A DNA stretch of 64,000 bases, taken from positions 28,272,001 through 28,336,000 of the forward strand of contig OZ024760.1 in NCBI GenBank assembly GCA_964016885.1, in the 5' to 3' direction. Below the pieces are notes generated by a model. That model searched no databases, had not been told where the DNA came from, and worked only from the letters and a program-made list of their open reading frames with translations. A program made the translations under genes and the position numbers. How positions within the stretch are numbered: the first letter of the stretch is position 1; the number at the start of each line of letters is the position of its first letter. Source of the stretch: Eledone cirrhosa (Eukaryota). Below are positions 1 to 15,000 of the stretch, one piece after another.

Positions 1-3000
1 ACTGTGGCCATGCTGGGGTACTATCTGTACTGGTTTCAGTTATTAGACTGTGGCCATGCTGGGGTACTATCTTTACTGGTTTCAGTTATTAGACTGTGGC
101 CATGCTGGGGTACTATCTTCACTGGTTTCAGTTATTAGACTGTGGCCATGCTGGGGTACTATCTTTACTGGTTTCAGTTATTAGACTGTGGCCATGCTGG
201 GGTACTATCTTTACTGGTTTCAGTTATTAGACTGTGGCCATGCTGGGGTACTATCTTTACTGGTTTCAGTTATTAGACTGTAGCCATGCTGGGGTACTAT
301 CTTTACTGGTTTCAGTTATTAGACTGTGGCCATGCTGGGGTACTATCTTTACTGGTTTCAGTCATTAGATTGTGGCCATGCTGGGGTACTATCTTTACTG
401 GTTTCAGTTATTAGACTGTAGCCATGCTGGGGTACTATCTTTACTGGTTTCAGTTATTAGATTGTGGCCATGCTGGGGTACTATCTTTACTGGTTTCAGT
501 TATTAGACTGTAGCCATGCTGGGGTACTATCTTTACTGGTTTCAGTTATTAGACTGTGGCCATGCTGGGGTACTATCTTTACTGGTTTCAGTTATTAGAC
601 TGTGGCCATGCTGGGGTACTATCTTTACTGGTTTCAGTTATTAGACTGTGGCCATGCTGGGGTACTATCTTTACTGGTTTCAGTTATTAGACTGTGGCCA
701 TGCTGGGGTACTATCTTTAATGGTTTCAGTTATTAGACTGTAGCCATGCTGGGGTACTCTCTTTACTGGTTTGAGTTATTAGACTGTGGCCATGCTGGGG
801 TACTATCTTTACTGGTTTCAGTTATTAGACTGTGGCCATGCTGGGGTACTATATTTACTGGTTTCAGTTATTAGACTGTGGCCATGCTGGGGTACTATCT
901 TTACTGGTTTCAGTTATTAGACTGTGGCCATGCTGGGGTACTATCTTTACTGGTTTCAGTTATTAGACTGTGGCCATGCTGGGGTACTATCTTTACTGGT
1001 TTCAGTTATTAGATTGTGGCCATGCTGGGGTACTATCTTTACTGGTTTCAGTTATTAGACTGTAGCCATGCTGGGGTACTATCTTCACTGGTTTCAGTTA
1101 TTAGACTGTGGCCATGCTGGGGTACTATCTTTACTGGTTTCAGTTATTAGGCTGTGGCCATGCTGGGGTACTATCTTTACTGGTTTCAGTTATTAGACTG
1201 TGGCCATGCTGGGGTACTATCTTTACTGGTTTCAGTTATTAGATTGTGGCCATGCTGGGGTACTATCTTTACTGGTTTCAGTTATTAGACTGTGGCCATG
1301 CTGGGGTACTATCTTTACTGGTTTCAGTTATTAGATTGTGGCCATGCTGGTGTACTATCGTTACTGGTTTCAGTTATTAGACTGTGGCCATGCTGGGGTA
1401 CTATCTTTACTGGTTTCAGTTATTAGATTGTGGCCATGCTGGGGTACTATCTTTACTGGTTTCAGTTATTAGACTGTGGCCATGCTGGGGTACTATCTTT
1501 ACTGGTTTCAGTTATTAGACTGTGGCCATGCTGGGGTACTATCTTTACTGGTTTCAGTTATTAGACTGTGGCCATGCTGGGGTACTATCTTTACTGGTTT
1601 CAGTTATTAGATTGTGGCCATGCTGGGGTACTATCGTTACTGGTTTCAGTTATTAGACTGTGGCCATGCTGGGGTACTATCTTTACTGGTTTCAGTTATT
1701 AGATTGTGGCCATGCTGGGGTACTATCTTTACTGGTTTCAGTTATTAGACTGTGGCCATGCTGGGGTACTATCTTCACTGGTTTCAGTTATTTTACTGTG
1801 GCCATGCTGGGGTACTATCTTTACTGGTTTCAGTTATTAGACTCTGGCCATGCTGGGGTACTATCTTTACAGGTTTCAGTTATTAGACTGTGGCCATGCT
1901 GGGGTACTATGTTTACTGGTTTCAGTTATTAGACTGTGGCCATGCTGGGGTACTATCTTCACTGGTTTCAGTTATTAGACTGTGGCCATGCTGGGGTACT
2001 ATCTTTACTGGTTTCAGTTATTAGACTGTGGCCATGCTGGGGTATTATCTTTACTGGTTTCAGTTATTAGACTGTGGCCATGCTGGGGTACTATCTTTAC
2101 TGGTTTCAGTTATTAGACTGTGGCCATGCTGGGGTACTATCTTCACTGGTTTGAGTTATTAGACTGTGGCCATGCTGGGGTACTATCTTTACTGGTTTCA
2201 GTTATTAGACTGTGGCCATGCTGGGGTACTATCTTCACTGGTTTCAGTTATTAGACTGTGGCCATGCTGGGGTACTATCTTCACTGGTTTCAGTTATTAG
2301 ACTGTGGCCATGCTGGGGTACTATCTTTACTGGTTTCAGTTATTAGACTGTGGCCATGGTGGGGTACTATCTTCACTGGTTTCAGTTATTAGACTGTGGC
2401 CATGCTGGGGTACTATCTTTACTGGTTTCAGTTATTAGACTGTGGCCATGCTGAGGTACTATCTTTACTGGTTTCAGTTATTAGACTGTGGCCATGCTGG
2501 GGTACTATCTTTACTGGTTTCAGTTATTAGACTGTCGCCATACTGGGGTACTATCTTCACTGGTTTGAGTTATTAGACTGTGGCCATGCTGGGGTACTAT
2601 CTTTACTGGTTTCAGTTATTAGACTGTGGCCATGCTGGGGTACTATCTTCACTGGTTTCAGTTATTAGACTGTGGCCATGCTGGGGTACTATCTTTACTG
2701 GTTTCAGTTATTAGACTGTGGCCATGCTGGGGTACTATCTTTACTGGTTTCAGTTATTAGACTGTGGCCATACTGGGGTACTATCTTCACTGGTTTGAGT
2801 TATTAGACTGTGGCCATGCTGGGGTACTATCTTCACTGATTTCAGTTATTAGACTGTGGCCATGCTGGGGTACTATCTTTACTGGTTTCAGTTATTAGAC
2901 TGTGGCCATGCTGGGGTACTATCTTTACTGGTTTCAGTTATTAGACTGTGGCCATACTGGGGTACTATCTTCACTGGTTTGAGTTATTAGACTGTGGCCA

Positions 3001-6000
3001 TGCTGGGGTACTATCTTTACTGGTTTCAGTTATTAGACTGTGGCCATGCAGGGGTACTATCTTCACTGGTTTCAGTTATTAGACTGTGGCCATGCTGGGG
3101 TACTATCTTTACTGGTTTCAGTTATTAGACTGTCGCCATGCTGGGGTACTATCTTTACTGGTTTGAGTTATTAGACTGTGGCCATGCTGGGGTACTATCT
3201 TCACTGGTTTGAGTTATTAGACTGTGGCCATCCTGGGGTACTATCTTTACTGGTTTCAGTTATTAGACTGTGGCCATGCTGGGGTACTATCTTTACTGGT
3301 TTGAGTTATTAGACTGTGGCCATCCTGGGGTACTATCTTTACTGGTTTCAGTTATTAGACTGTGGCCATGCTGGGGTACTATCTTTACTGGTTTCACTTA
3401 TTAGACTGTGGCCATGCTGGGGTACTATCTTTACTGGTTTCAGTTATTATACTGTGGCCATGCTGGGGTACTATCTTTACTGGTTTCAGTTATTAGACTG
3501 TGGCCAAGCTGGGGTACTATCTTTACTGGTTTCAGTTAGTAGACTGTGGCCATGCTGGGGTACCATCTTTACTGGTTTCAGTTATTAGACAGTGGCCATG
3601 CTGGTGTACTATCTTTACTGGTTTCAGTTATTATACTGTGGCCATGCTGGGGTACTATCTTTACTGGTTTCAGTTATTAGACTGTGGCCAAGCTGGGGTA
3701 CTATCTTTACTGGTTTCAGTTAGTAGACTGTGGCCATGCTGGGGTACCATCTTTACTGGTTTCAGTTATTAGACAGTGGCCATGCTGGGGTACTATCTTT
3801 ACTGGTTTCAGTTATTAGACTGTGGCCATGCTGGGGTACTATCTTTACTGGTTTCACTTATTAGACTGTGGCCATGCTGGGGTACTATCTTTACTGTTTT
3901 CAGTTATTAGACTGTGGCCATGCTGGGGTACTATCTTTACTGGTTTCACTTATTAGACTGTGGCCATGCTGGGGTACTTTCTTTACTGGTTTCAGTTATT
4001 AGACTGTGGCCATGCTGGGGTACTATCTTCACTGGTTTCAGTTATTAGACTGTGGCCATGTTGGGGTACTATCTTTACTGGTTTCAGTTATTAGACTGTG
4101 GCCATGCTGGGGTACTATCTTTACTGGTTTCACTTATTAGACTGTGGCCATGCTGGGGTACTATCTTTACTGGTTTGAGTTATTAGACTGTGGCCATGCT
4201 GGGGTACTATCTGTACTGGTTTCAGTTATTAGACTGTGGCCATGCTGGGGTACTATCTGTACTGGTTTCAGTTATTAGACTTTGGCCATGCTGGGGTACT
4301 ATCTGTACTGGTTTCAGTTATTAGATTGTGGCCATGCTGGGGTACTATCTGTACTGGTTTCAGTTATTAGACTGTGGCCATGCTGGGGTACTATCTGTAC
4401 TGGTTTCAGTTATTAGACTTTGGCCATGCTGGGGTACTATCTGTACTGGTTTCAGTTATTAGACTTTGGCCATGCTGGGGTACTATCTTTACTGGTTTCA
4501 GTTAGTAGATTGTGGCCATACTGGGGTACTATCTTTACTGGTTTCAGTTATTAGACTGTGGCCATGCTGGGGTACTATCTGTACTGGTTTCAGTTATTAG
4601 ACTTTGGCCATGCTGGGGTACTATCTGTACTGGTTTCAGTTATTAGATTGTGGCCATGCTGGGGTACTATCTTTACTGGTTTCAGTATATTAGACTGTGG
4701 CCATGCTGGGGTACTATCTGTACTGGTTTCAGTTATTAGACTGTGGCCATGCTGGGGTACTATCTTTACTGGTTTCAGTTATTAGACTGTGGCCATGCTG
4801 GGGTACTATCTGTACTGGTTTCAGTTATTAGACTGTGGCCATGCTGGGGTACTATCTTTACTGGTTTCAGTTATTAGACTGTGGCCATGCTGGGGTACTA
4901 TCTGTACTGGTTTCAGTTATTAGACTGTGGCCATGCTGGGGTACTATCTTTACTGGTTTCAGTTATTAGACTGTGGCCATGCTGGGGTACTATCTTCACT
5001 GGTTTCAGTTATTAGACTGTGGCCATGCTAGGGTACTATCTTTACTGGTTTCAGTTATTAGACTGTGGCCATGCTGGGGTACTATCTTTACTGGTTTCAG
5101 TTATTAGACTGTGGCCATGCTGGGGTACTATCTTTACTGGTTTCAGTTATTAGACTGTAGCCATGCTGGGGTACTATCTTTACTGGTTTCAGTTATTAGA
5201 CTGTGGCCATGCTGGGGTACTATCTTTACTGGTTTCAGTTATTAGATTGTGGCCATGCTGGGGTACTATCTTTACTGGTTTCAGTTATTAGACTGTAGCC
5301 ATGCTGGGGTACTATCTTTACTGGTTTCAGTTATTAGACTGTGGCCATGCTGGGGTACTTTCTTTACTGGTTTCAGTTATTAGACTGTGGCCATGCTGGG
5401 GTACTATCTTTACTGGTTTCAGTTATTAGACTGTGGCCATGCTGGGGTACTATCTTTACTGGTTTCAGTTATTAGATTGTGGCCATGCTGGGGTACTATC
5501 TTTACTGGTTTCAGTTATTAGACTGTAGCCATGCTGGGGTACTATCTTTACTGGTTTCAGTTATTAGACTGTGGCCATGCTGGGGTACTATCTTTACTGG
5601 TTTCAGTTATTAGACTGTGGCCATGCTGGGGTACTATCTTTACTGGTTTCAGTTATTAGACTGTGGCCATGCTGGGGTACTATCTTTACTGGTTTCAGTT
5701 ATTAGACTGTGGCCATGCTGGGGTACTATCTTTAATGGTTTCAGTTATTAGACTGTAGCCATGCTGGGGTACTATCTTTACTGGTTTCAGTTATTAGACT
5801 GTGGCCATGCTGGGGTACTATCTTTACTGGTTTCAGTTATTAGACTGTGGCCATGCTGGGGTACTATCTTTACTGGTTTCAGTTATTAGACTGTGGCCAT
5901 GCTGGGGTACTATCTTTACTGGTTTCAGTTATTAGACTGTGGCCATGCTGGGGTACTATCTTTACTGGTTTCAGTTATTAGACTGTGGCCATGCTGGGGT

Positions 6001-9000
6001 ACTATCTTTACTGGTTTCAGTTATTAGATTGTGGCCATGCTGGGGTACTATCTTTACTGGTTTCAGTTATTAGACTGTAGCCATGCTGGGGTACTATCTT
6101 CACTGGTTTCAGTTATTAGACTGTGGCCATGCTGGGGTACTATCTTTACTGGTTTCAGTTATTAGATTGTGGCCATGCTGGGGTACTATCTTTACTGGTT
6201 TCAGTTATTAGACTGTAGCCATGCTGGGGTACTATCTTCACTGGTTTCAGTTATTAGACTGTGGCCATGCTGGGGTACTATCTTTACTGGTTTCAGTTAT
6301 TAGACGGTGGCCATGCTGGGGTACCATCTTTACTGGTTTCAGTTATTAGACAGTGGCCATGCTGGGGTACTATCTTTACTGGTTTCAGTTATTAGACTGT
6401 GGCCATGCTGGGGTACTATCTTTACTGGTTTCACTTATTAGATTGTGGCCATGCTGGGGTACTATCTTTACTGTTTTCAGTTATTAGACTGTGGCCATGC
6501 TGGGGTACTATCTTTACTGGTTTCACTTATTAGACTGTGGCCATGCTGGGGTACTTTCTTTACTGGTTTCAGTTATTAGACTGTGGCCATGCTGGGGTAC
6601 TATCTTCACTGGTTTCAGTTATTAGACTGTGGCCATGTTGGGGTACTATCTTTACTGGTTTCAGTTATTAGACTGTGGCCATGCTGGGGTACTATCTTTA
6701 CTGGTTTCACTTATTAGACTGTGGCCATGCTGGGGTACTATCTTTACTGGTTTGAGTTATTAGACTGTGGCCATGCTGGGGTACTATCTTCACTGGTTTG
6801 AGTTATTAGACTGTGGCCATGCTGGGGTACTATCTTCACTGGTTTCAGTTATTAGACTGTGGCCATGCTGGGGTACTATCTTTACTGGTTTGAGTTATTA
6901 GACTGTCGCCATACTGGGGTACTATCTTTACTGGTTTGAGTTATTAGACTGTCGCCATACTGGGGTACTATCTTTACTGGTTTCAGTTAGTAGATTGTGG
7001 CCATGCTGGGGTACTATCTTTACTGGTTTCAGTTATTAGACTGTGGCCATGCTGGGGTACTATCTTTACTGGTTTGAGTTATTAGACTGTCGCCGTACTG
7101 GGGTACTATCTTTACTGGTTTCAGTTATTAGACTGTCGCCATACTGGGGTACTATCTTTACTGGTTTCAGTTAGTAGATTGTGGCCATGCTGGGGTACTA
7201 TCTGTACTGGTTTCAGTTATTAGACTGTGGCCATGCTGGGGTACTATCTGTACTGGTTTCAGTTATTAGACTTTGGCCATGCTGGGGTACTATCTGTACT
7301 GGTTTCAGTTATTAGATTGTGGCCATGCTGGGGTACTATCTGTACTGGTTTCAGTTATTAGACTGTGGCCATGCTGGGGTACTATCTGTACTGGTTTCAG
7401 TTATTAGACTTTGGCCATGCTGGGGTACTATCTGTACTGGTTTCAGTTATTAGACTTTGGCCATGCTGGGGTACTATCTTTACTGGTTTCAGTTAGTAGA
7501 TTGTGGCCATACTGGGGTACTATCTTTACTGGTTTCAGTTATTAGACTGTGGCCATGCTGGGGTACTATCTGTACTGGTTTCAGTTATTAGACTTTGGCC
7601 ATGCTGGGGTACTATCTGTACTGGTTTCAGTTATTAGATTGTGGCCATGCTGGGGTACTATCTTTACTGGTTTCAGTATATTAGACTGTGGCCATGCTGG
7701 GGTACTATCTGTACTGGTTTCAGTTATTAGACTGTGGCCATGCTGGGGTACTATCTTTACTGGTTTCAGTTATTAGACTGTGGCCATGCTGGGGTACTAT
7801 CTGTACTGGTTTCAGTTATTAGACTGTGGCCATGCTGGGGTACTATCTTTACTGGTTTCAGTTATTAGACTGTGGCCATGCTGGGGTACTATCTGTACTG
7901 GTTTCAGTTATTAGACTGTGGCCATGCTGGGGTACTATCTTTACTGGTTTCAGTTATTAGACTGTGGCCATGCTGGGGTACTATCTTCACTGGTTTCAGT
8001 TATTAGACTGTGGCCATGCTAGGGTACTATCTTTACTGGTTTCAGTTATTAGACTGTGGCCATGCTGGGGTACTATCTTTACTGGTTTCAGTTATTAGAC
8101 TGTGGCCATGCTGGGGTACTATCTTTACTGGTTTCAGTTATTAGACTGTAGCCATGCTGGGGTACTATCTTTACTGGTTTCAGTTATTAGACTGTGGCCA
8201 TGCTGGGGTACTATCTTTACTGGTTTCAGTTATTAGATTGTGGCCATGCTGGGGTACTATCTTTACTGGTTTCAGTTATTAGACTGTAGCCATGCTGGGG
8301 TACTATCTTTACTGGTTTCAGTTATTAGACTGTGGCCATGCTGGGGTACTATCTTTACTGGTTTCAGTTATTAGACTGTGGCCATGCTGGGGTACTATCT
8401 TTACTGGTTTCAGTTATTAGACTGTGGCCATGCTGGGGTACTATCTTTACTGGTTTCAGTTATTAGATTGTGGCCATGCTGGGGTACTATCTTTACTGGT
8501 TTCAGTTATTAGACTGTAGCCATGCTGGGGTACTATCTTTACTGGTTTCAGTTATTAGACTGTGGCCATGCTGGGGTACTATCTTTACTGGTTTCAGTTA
8601 TTAGACTGTGGCCATGCTGGGGTACTATCTTTACTGGTTTCAGTTATTAGACTGTGGCCATGCTGGGGTACTATCTTTACTGGTTTCAGTTATTAGACTG
8701 TGGCCATGCTGGGGTACTATCTTTAATGGTTTCAGTTATTAGACTGTAGCCATGCTGGGGTACTATCTTTACTGGTTTCAGTTATTAGACTGTGGCCATG
8801 CTGGGGTACTATCTTTACTGGTTTCAGTTATTAGACTGTGGCCATGCTGGGGTACTATCTTTACTGGTTTCAGTTATTAGACTGTGGCCATGCTGGGGTA
8901 CTATCTTTACTGGTTTCAGTTATTAGACTGTGGCCATGCTGGGGTACTATCTTTACTGGTTTCAGTTATTAGACTGTGGCCATGCTGGGGTACTATCTTT

Positions 9001-12000
9001 ACTGGTTTCAGTTATTAGATTGTGGCCATGCTGGGGTACTATCTTTACTGGTTTCAGTTATTAGACTGTAGCCATGCTGGGGTACTATCTTCACTGGTTT
9101 CAGTTATTAGACTGTGGCCATGCTGGGGTACTATCTTTACTGGTTTCAGTTATTAGGCTGTGGCCATGCTGGGGTACTATCTTTACTGGTTTCAGTTATT
9201 AGACTGTGGCCATGCTGGGGTACTATCTTTACTGGTTTCAGTTATTAGATTGTGGCCATGCTGGGGTACTATCTTTACTGGTTTCAGTTAATAGACTGTG
9301 GCCATGCTGGGGTACTATCTTTACTGGTTTCAGTTATTAGATTGTGGCCATGCTGGTGTACTATCGTTACTGGTTTCAGTTATTAGACTGTGGCCATGCT
9401 GGGGTACTATCTTTACTGGTTTCAGTTATTAGATTGTGGCCATGCTGGGGTACTATCTTTACTGGTTTCAGTTATTAGACTGTGGCCATGCTGGGGTACT
9501 ATCTTTACTGGTTTCAGTTATTAGACTGTGGCCATGCTGGGGTACTATCTTTACTGGTTTCAGTTATTAGACTGTGGCCATGCTGGGGTACTATCTTTAC
9601 TGGTTTCAGTTATTAGATTGTGGCCATGCTGGGGTACTATCGTTACTGGTTTCAGTTATTAGACTGTGGCCATGCTGGGGTACTATCTTTACTGGTTTCA
9701 GTTATTAGATTGTGGCCATGCTGGGGTACTATCTTTACTGGTTTCAGTTATTAGACTGTGGCCATGCTGGGGTACTATCTTCACTGGTTTCAGTTATTTT
9801 ACTGTGGCCATGCTGGGGTACTATCTTTACTGGTTTCAGTTATTAGACTCTGGCCATGCTGGGGTACTATCTTTACAGGTTTCAGTTATTAGACTGTGGC
9901 CATGCTGGGGTACTATCTTTACTGGTTTCAGTTATTAGACTGTGGCCATGCTGGGGTACTATCTTCACTGGTTTCAGTTATTAGACTGTGGCCATGCTGG
10001 GGTACTATCTTTACTGGTTTCAGTTATTAGACTGTGGCCATGCTGGGGTACTATCTTTACTGGTTTCAGTTATTAGACTGTGGCCATGCTGGGGTACTAT
10101 CTTTACTGGTTTCAGTTATTAGACTGTGGCCATGCTGGGGTACTATCTTCACTGGTTTGAGTTATTAGACTGTGGCCATGCTGGGGTACTATCTTTACTG
10201 GTTTCAGTTATTAGACTGTGGCCATGCTGGGGTACTATCTTCCCTGGTTTCAGTTATTAGACTGTGGCCATGCTGGGGTACTATCTTCACTGGTTTCAGT
10301 TATTAGACTGTGGCCATGCTGGGGTACTATCTTTACTGGTTTCAGTTATTAGACTGTGGCCATGGTGGGGTACTATCTTCACTGGTTTCAGTTATTAGAC
10401 TGTGGCCATGCTAGGGTACTATCTTTACTGGTTTCAGTTATTAGACTGTGGCCATGCTGGGGTACTATCTTTACTGGTTTCAGTTATTAGACTGTGGCCA
10501 TGCTGGGGTACTATCTTTACTGGTTTCAGTTATTAGACTGTCGCCATACTGGGGTACTATCTTCACTGGTTTGAGTTATTAGACTGTAGCCATGCTGGGG
10601 TACTATCTTTACTGGTTTCAGTTATTAGACTGTGGCCATGCTGGGGTACTATCTTCACTGGTTTCAGTTATTAGACTGTGGCCATGCTGGGGTACTATCT
10701 TTACTGGTTTCAGTTATTAGACTGTGGCCATGCTGGGGTACTATCTTTACTGGTTTCAGTTATTAGACTGTGGCCATACTGGGGTACTATCTTCACTGGT
10801 TTGAGTTATTAGACTGTGGCCATGCTGGGGTACTATCTTCACTGGTTTCAGTTATTAGACTGTGGCCATGCTGGGGTACTATCTTTACTGGTTTCAGTTA
10901 TTAGACTGTGGCCATGCTGGGGTACTATCTTTACTGGTTTCAGTTATTAGACTGTGGCCATACTGGGGTACTATCTTCACTGGTTTGAGTTATTAGACTG
11001 TGGCCATGCTGGGGTACTATCTTTACTGGTTTCAGTTATTAGACTGTGGCCATGCAGGGGTACTATCTTCACTGGTTTCAGTTATTAGACTGTGGCCATG
11101 CTGGGGTACTATCTTTACTGGTTTCAGTTATTAGACTGTCGCCATGCTGGGGTACTATCTTTACTGGTTTCAGTTATTAGACTGTGGCCATGCTGGGGTA
11201 CTATCTTCACTGGTTTGAGTTATTAGACTGTGGCCATCCTGGGGTACTATCTTTACTGGTTTCAGTTATTAGACTGTGGCCATGCTGGGGTACTATCTTT
11301 ACTGGTTTCAGTTATTAGACTGTGGCCATGCTGGGGTACTATCTTCACTGGTTTGAGTTATTAGACTGTGGCCATGCTGGGGTACTATCTTTACTGGTTT
11401 CAGTTATTAGACTGTGGCCATGCTGGGGTACTATCTTCACTGGTTTGAGTTATTAGACTGTGGTCATCCTGGGGTACTATCTTTACTGGTTTCAGTTATT
11501 AGACTGTGGCCATGCTGGGGTACTATCTTTACTGGTTTCACTTATTAGACTGTGGCCATGCTGGGGTACTATCTTTACTGGTTTCAGTTATTATACTGTG
11601 GCCATGCTGGGGTACTATCTTTACTGGTTTCAGTTATTAGACTGTGGCCAAGCTGGGGTACTATCTTTACTGGTTTGAGTTAGTAGACTGTGGCCATGCT
11701 GGGGTACCATCTTTACTGGTTTCAGTTATTAGACAGTGGCCATGCTGGTGTACTATCTTTACTGGTTTCAGTTATTAGACTGTGGCCATGCTGGGGTACT
11801 ATCTTTACTGGTTTCAGTTATTAGACTGTGGCCATGCTGGGGTACTATCTTTACTGGTTTCAGTTATTAGACTGTGGCCATGCTGGGGTACTATCTTTAC
11901 TGGTTTCAGTTAGTAGACTGTGGCCATCCTGGGGTACTATCTTTACTGGTTTCAGTTAGTAGACTGTGGCCATGCTGGGGTACTATCTTTACTGGTTTCA

Positions 12001-15000
12001 GTTAGTAGACTGTGGCCATGCTGGGGTACTATCTTTACTAGTTTCAGTTATTAGACTGTGGCCATGCTGGGGTACTATCTTTACTGGTTTCAGTTATTAG
12101 ATTGTGGCCATGCTGGGGTACTATCTGTACTGGTTTCAGTTATTAGACTGTGGCCATGCTGGGGTACTATCTTTACTGGTTTCACTTATTTTACTGTGGC
12201 CATGCTGGGGTACTATCTTTACTGGTTTCAGTTATTAGACTGTCGCCATGCTGGGGTACTATCTTCACTGGTTTGAGTTATTAGACTGTCGCCATGCTGG
12301 GGTACTATCTTTACTGGTTTCAGTTATTAGACTGTGGCCATGCTGGGGTACTATCTTCACTGGTTTCAGTTATTAGACTGTGGCCATGCTGGGGTACTAT
12401 CTTTACTGGTTTCAGTTATTAGACTGTGGCCATGCTGGGGTACTATCTTCACTGGTTTCAGTTATTAGACTGGCCATGCTGTGGTACTATCTTCACTGGT
12501 TTCAGTTATTAGACTGTGGCCATGCTGGGGTACTATCTTTACTGGTTTCAGTTATTAGACTGTGGCCATGCTGGGGTACTATCTTTACTGGTTTCAGTTA
12601 TTAGACTGTCGCCATGCTGGGGTACTATCTTCACTGGTTTGAGTTATTAGACTGTCGCCATGCTGGGGTACTATCTTTACTGGTTTCAGTTATTAGACTG
12701 TGGCCATGCTGGGGTACTATCTTCACTGGTTTCAGTTATTAGACTGTGGCCATGCTGGGGTACTATCTTTACTGGTTTCAGTTATTAGACTGTGGCCATG
12801 CTGGGGTACTATCTTCACTGGTTTCAGTTATTAGCCTGTGGCCATGCTGGGGTACTATCTTTACTGGTTTCAGTTATTAGACAGTGGCCATGCTGGGGTA
12901 CTATCTTTACTGGTTTCAGTTCTTAGAATGTGGCCATGCTGGGGTACTATCTTTACTGGTTTCAGTTATTAGACTGTGGCCATGATGGGGTACTATCTTC
13001 ACTGGTTTCAGTTATTAGACTGTGGCCATGCTAGGGTACTATCTTTACTGGTTTCAGTTATTAGACTGTGGCCATGCTGGGGTACTATCTTTACTGGTTT
13101 CAGTTATTAGACTGTGGCCATGCTGGGGTACTATCTTTACTGGTTTCAGTTATTAGACTGTAGCCATGCTGGGGTACTATCTTTACTGGTTTCAGTTATT
13201 AGACTGTGGCCATGCTGGGGTACTATCTTTACTGGTTTCAGTTATTAGATTGTGGCCATGCTGGGGTACTATCTTTACTGGTTTCAGTTATTAGACTGTA
13301 GCCATGCTGGGGTACTATCTTTACTGGTTTCAGTTATTAGACTGTGGCCATGCTGGGGTACTATCTTTACTGGTTTCAGTTATTAGACTGTGGCCATGCT
13401 GGGGTACTATCTTTACTGGTTTCAGTTATTAGACTGTGGCCATGCTGGGGTACTATCTTTACTGGTTTCAGTTATTAGATTGTGGCCATGCTGGGGTACT
13501 ATCTTTACTGGTTTCAGTTATTAGACTGTAGCCATGCTGGGGTACTATCTTTACTGGTTTCAGTTATTAGACTGTGGCCATGCTGGGGTACTATCTTTAC
13601 TGGTTTCAGTTATTAGACTGTGGCCATGCTGGGGTACTATCTTTAATGGTTTCAGTTATTAGACTGTAGCCATGCTGGGGTACTATCTTTACTGGTTTCA
13701 GTTATTAGACTGTGGCCATGCTGGGGTACTATCTTTACTGGTTTCAGTTATTAGACTGTGGCCATGCTGGGGTACTATCTTTACTGGTTTCAGTTATTAG
13801 ACTGTGGCCATGCTGGGGTACTATCTTTACTGGTTTCAGTTATTAGACTGTGGCCATGCTGGGGTACTATCTTTACTGGTTTCAGTTATTAGACTGTGGC
13901 CATGCTGGGGTACTATCTTTACTGGTTTCAGTTATTAGATTGTGGCCATGCTGGGGTACTATCTTTACTGGTTTCAGTTATTAGACTGTAGCCATGCTGG
14001 GGTACTATCTTCACTGGTTTCAGTTATTAGACTGTGGCCATGCTGGGGTACTATCTTTACTGGTTTCAGTTATTAGGCTGTGGCCATGCTGGGGTACTAT
14101 CTTTACTGGTTTCAGTTATTAGACTGTGGCCATGCTGGGGTACTATCTTTACTGGTTTCAGTTATTAGATTGTGGCCATGCTGGGGTACTATCTTTACTG
14201 GTTTCAGTTAATAGACTGTGGCCATGCTGGGGTACTATCTTTACTGGTTTCAGTTATTAGATTGTGGCCATGCTGGTGTACTATCGTTACTGGTTTCAGT
14301 TATTAGACTGTGGCCATGCTGGGGTACTATCTTTACTGGTTTCAGTTATTAGATTGTGGCCATGCTGGGGTACTATCTTTACTGGTTTCAGTTATTAGAC
14401 TGTGGCCATGCTGGGGTACTTTCTTTACTGGTTTCAGTTATTAGACTGGCCATGCTGGGGTACTATCTTTACTGGTTTCAGTTATTAGACTGTGGCCATG
14501 CTGGGGTACTATCTTTACTGGTTTCAGTTATTAGATTGTGGCCATGCTGGGGTACTATCGTTACTGGTTTCAGTTATTAGACTGTGGCCATGCTGGGGTA
14601 CTATCTTTACTGGTTTCAGTTATTAGATTGTGGCCATGCTGGGGTACTATCTTTACTGGTTTCAGTTATTAGACTGTGGCCATGCTGGGGTACTATCTTC
14701 ACTGGTTTCAGTTATTTTACTGTGGCCATGCTGGGGTACTATCTTTACTGGTTTCAGTTATTAGACTCTGGCCATGCTGGGGTACTATCTTTACAGGTTT
14801 CAGTTATTAGACTGTGGCCATGCTGGGGTACTATGTTTACTGGTTTCAGTTATTAGACTGTGGCCATGCTGGGGTACTATCTTCACTGGTTTCAGTTATT
14901 AGACTGTGGCCATGCTGGGGTACTATCTTTACTGGTTTCAGTTATTAGACTGTGGCCATGCTGGGGTACTATCTTTACTGGTTTCAGTTATTAGACTGTG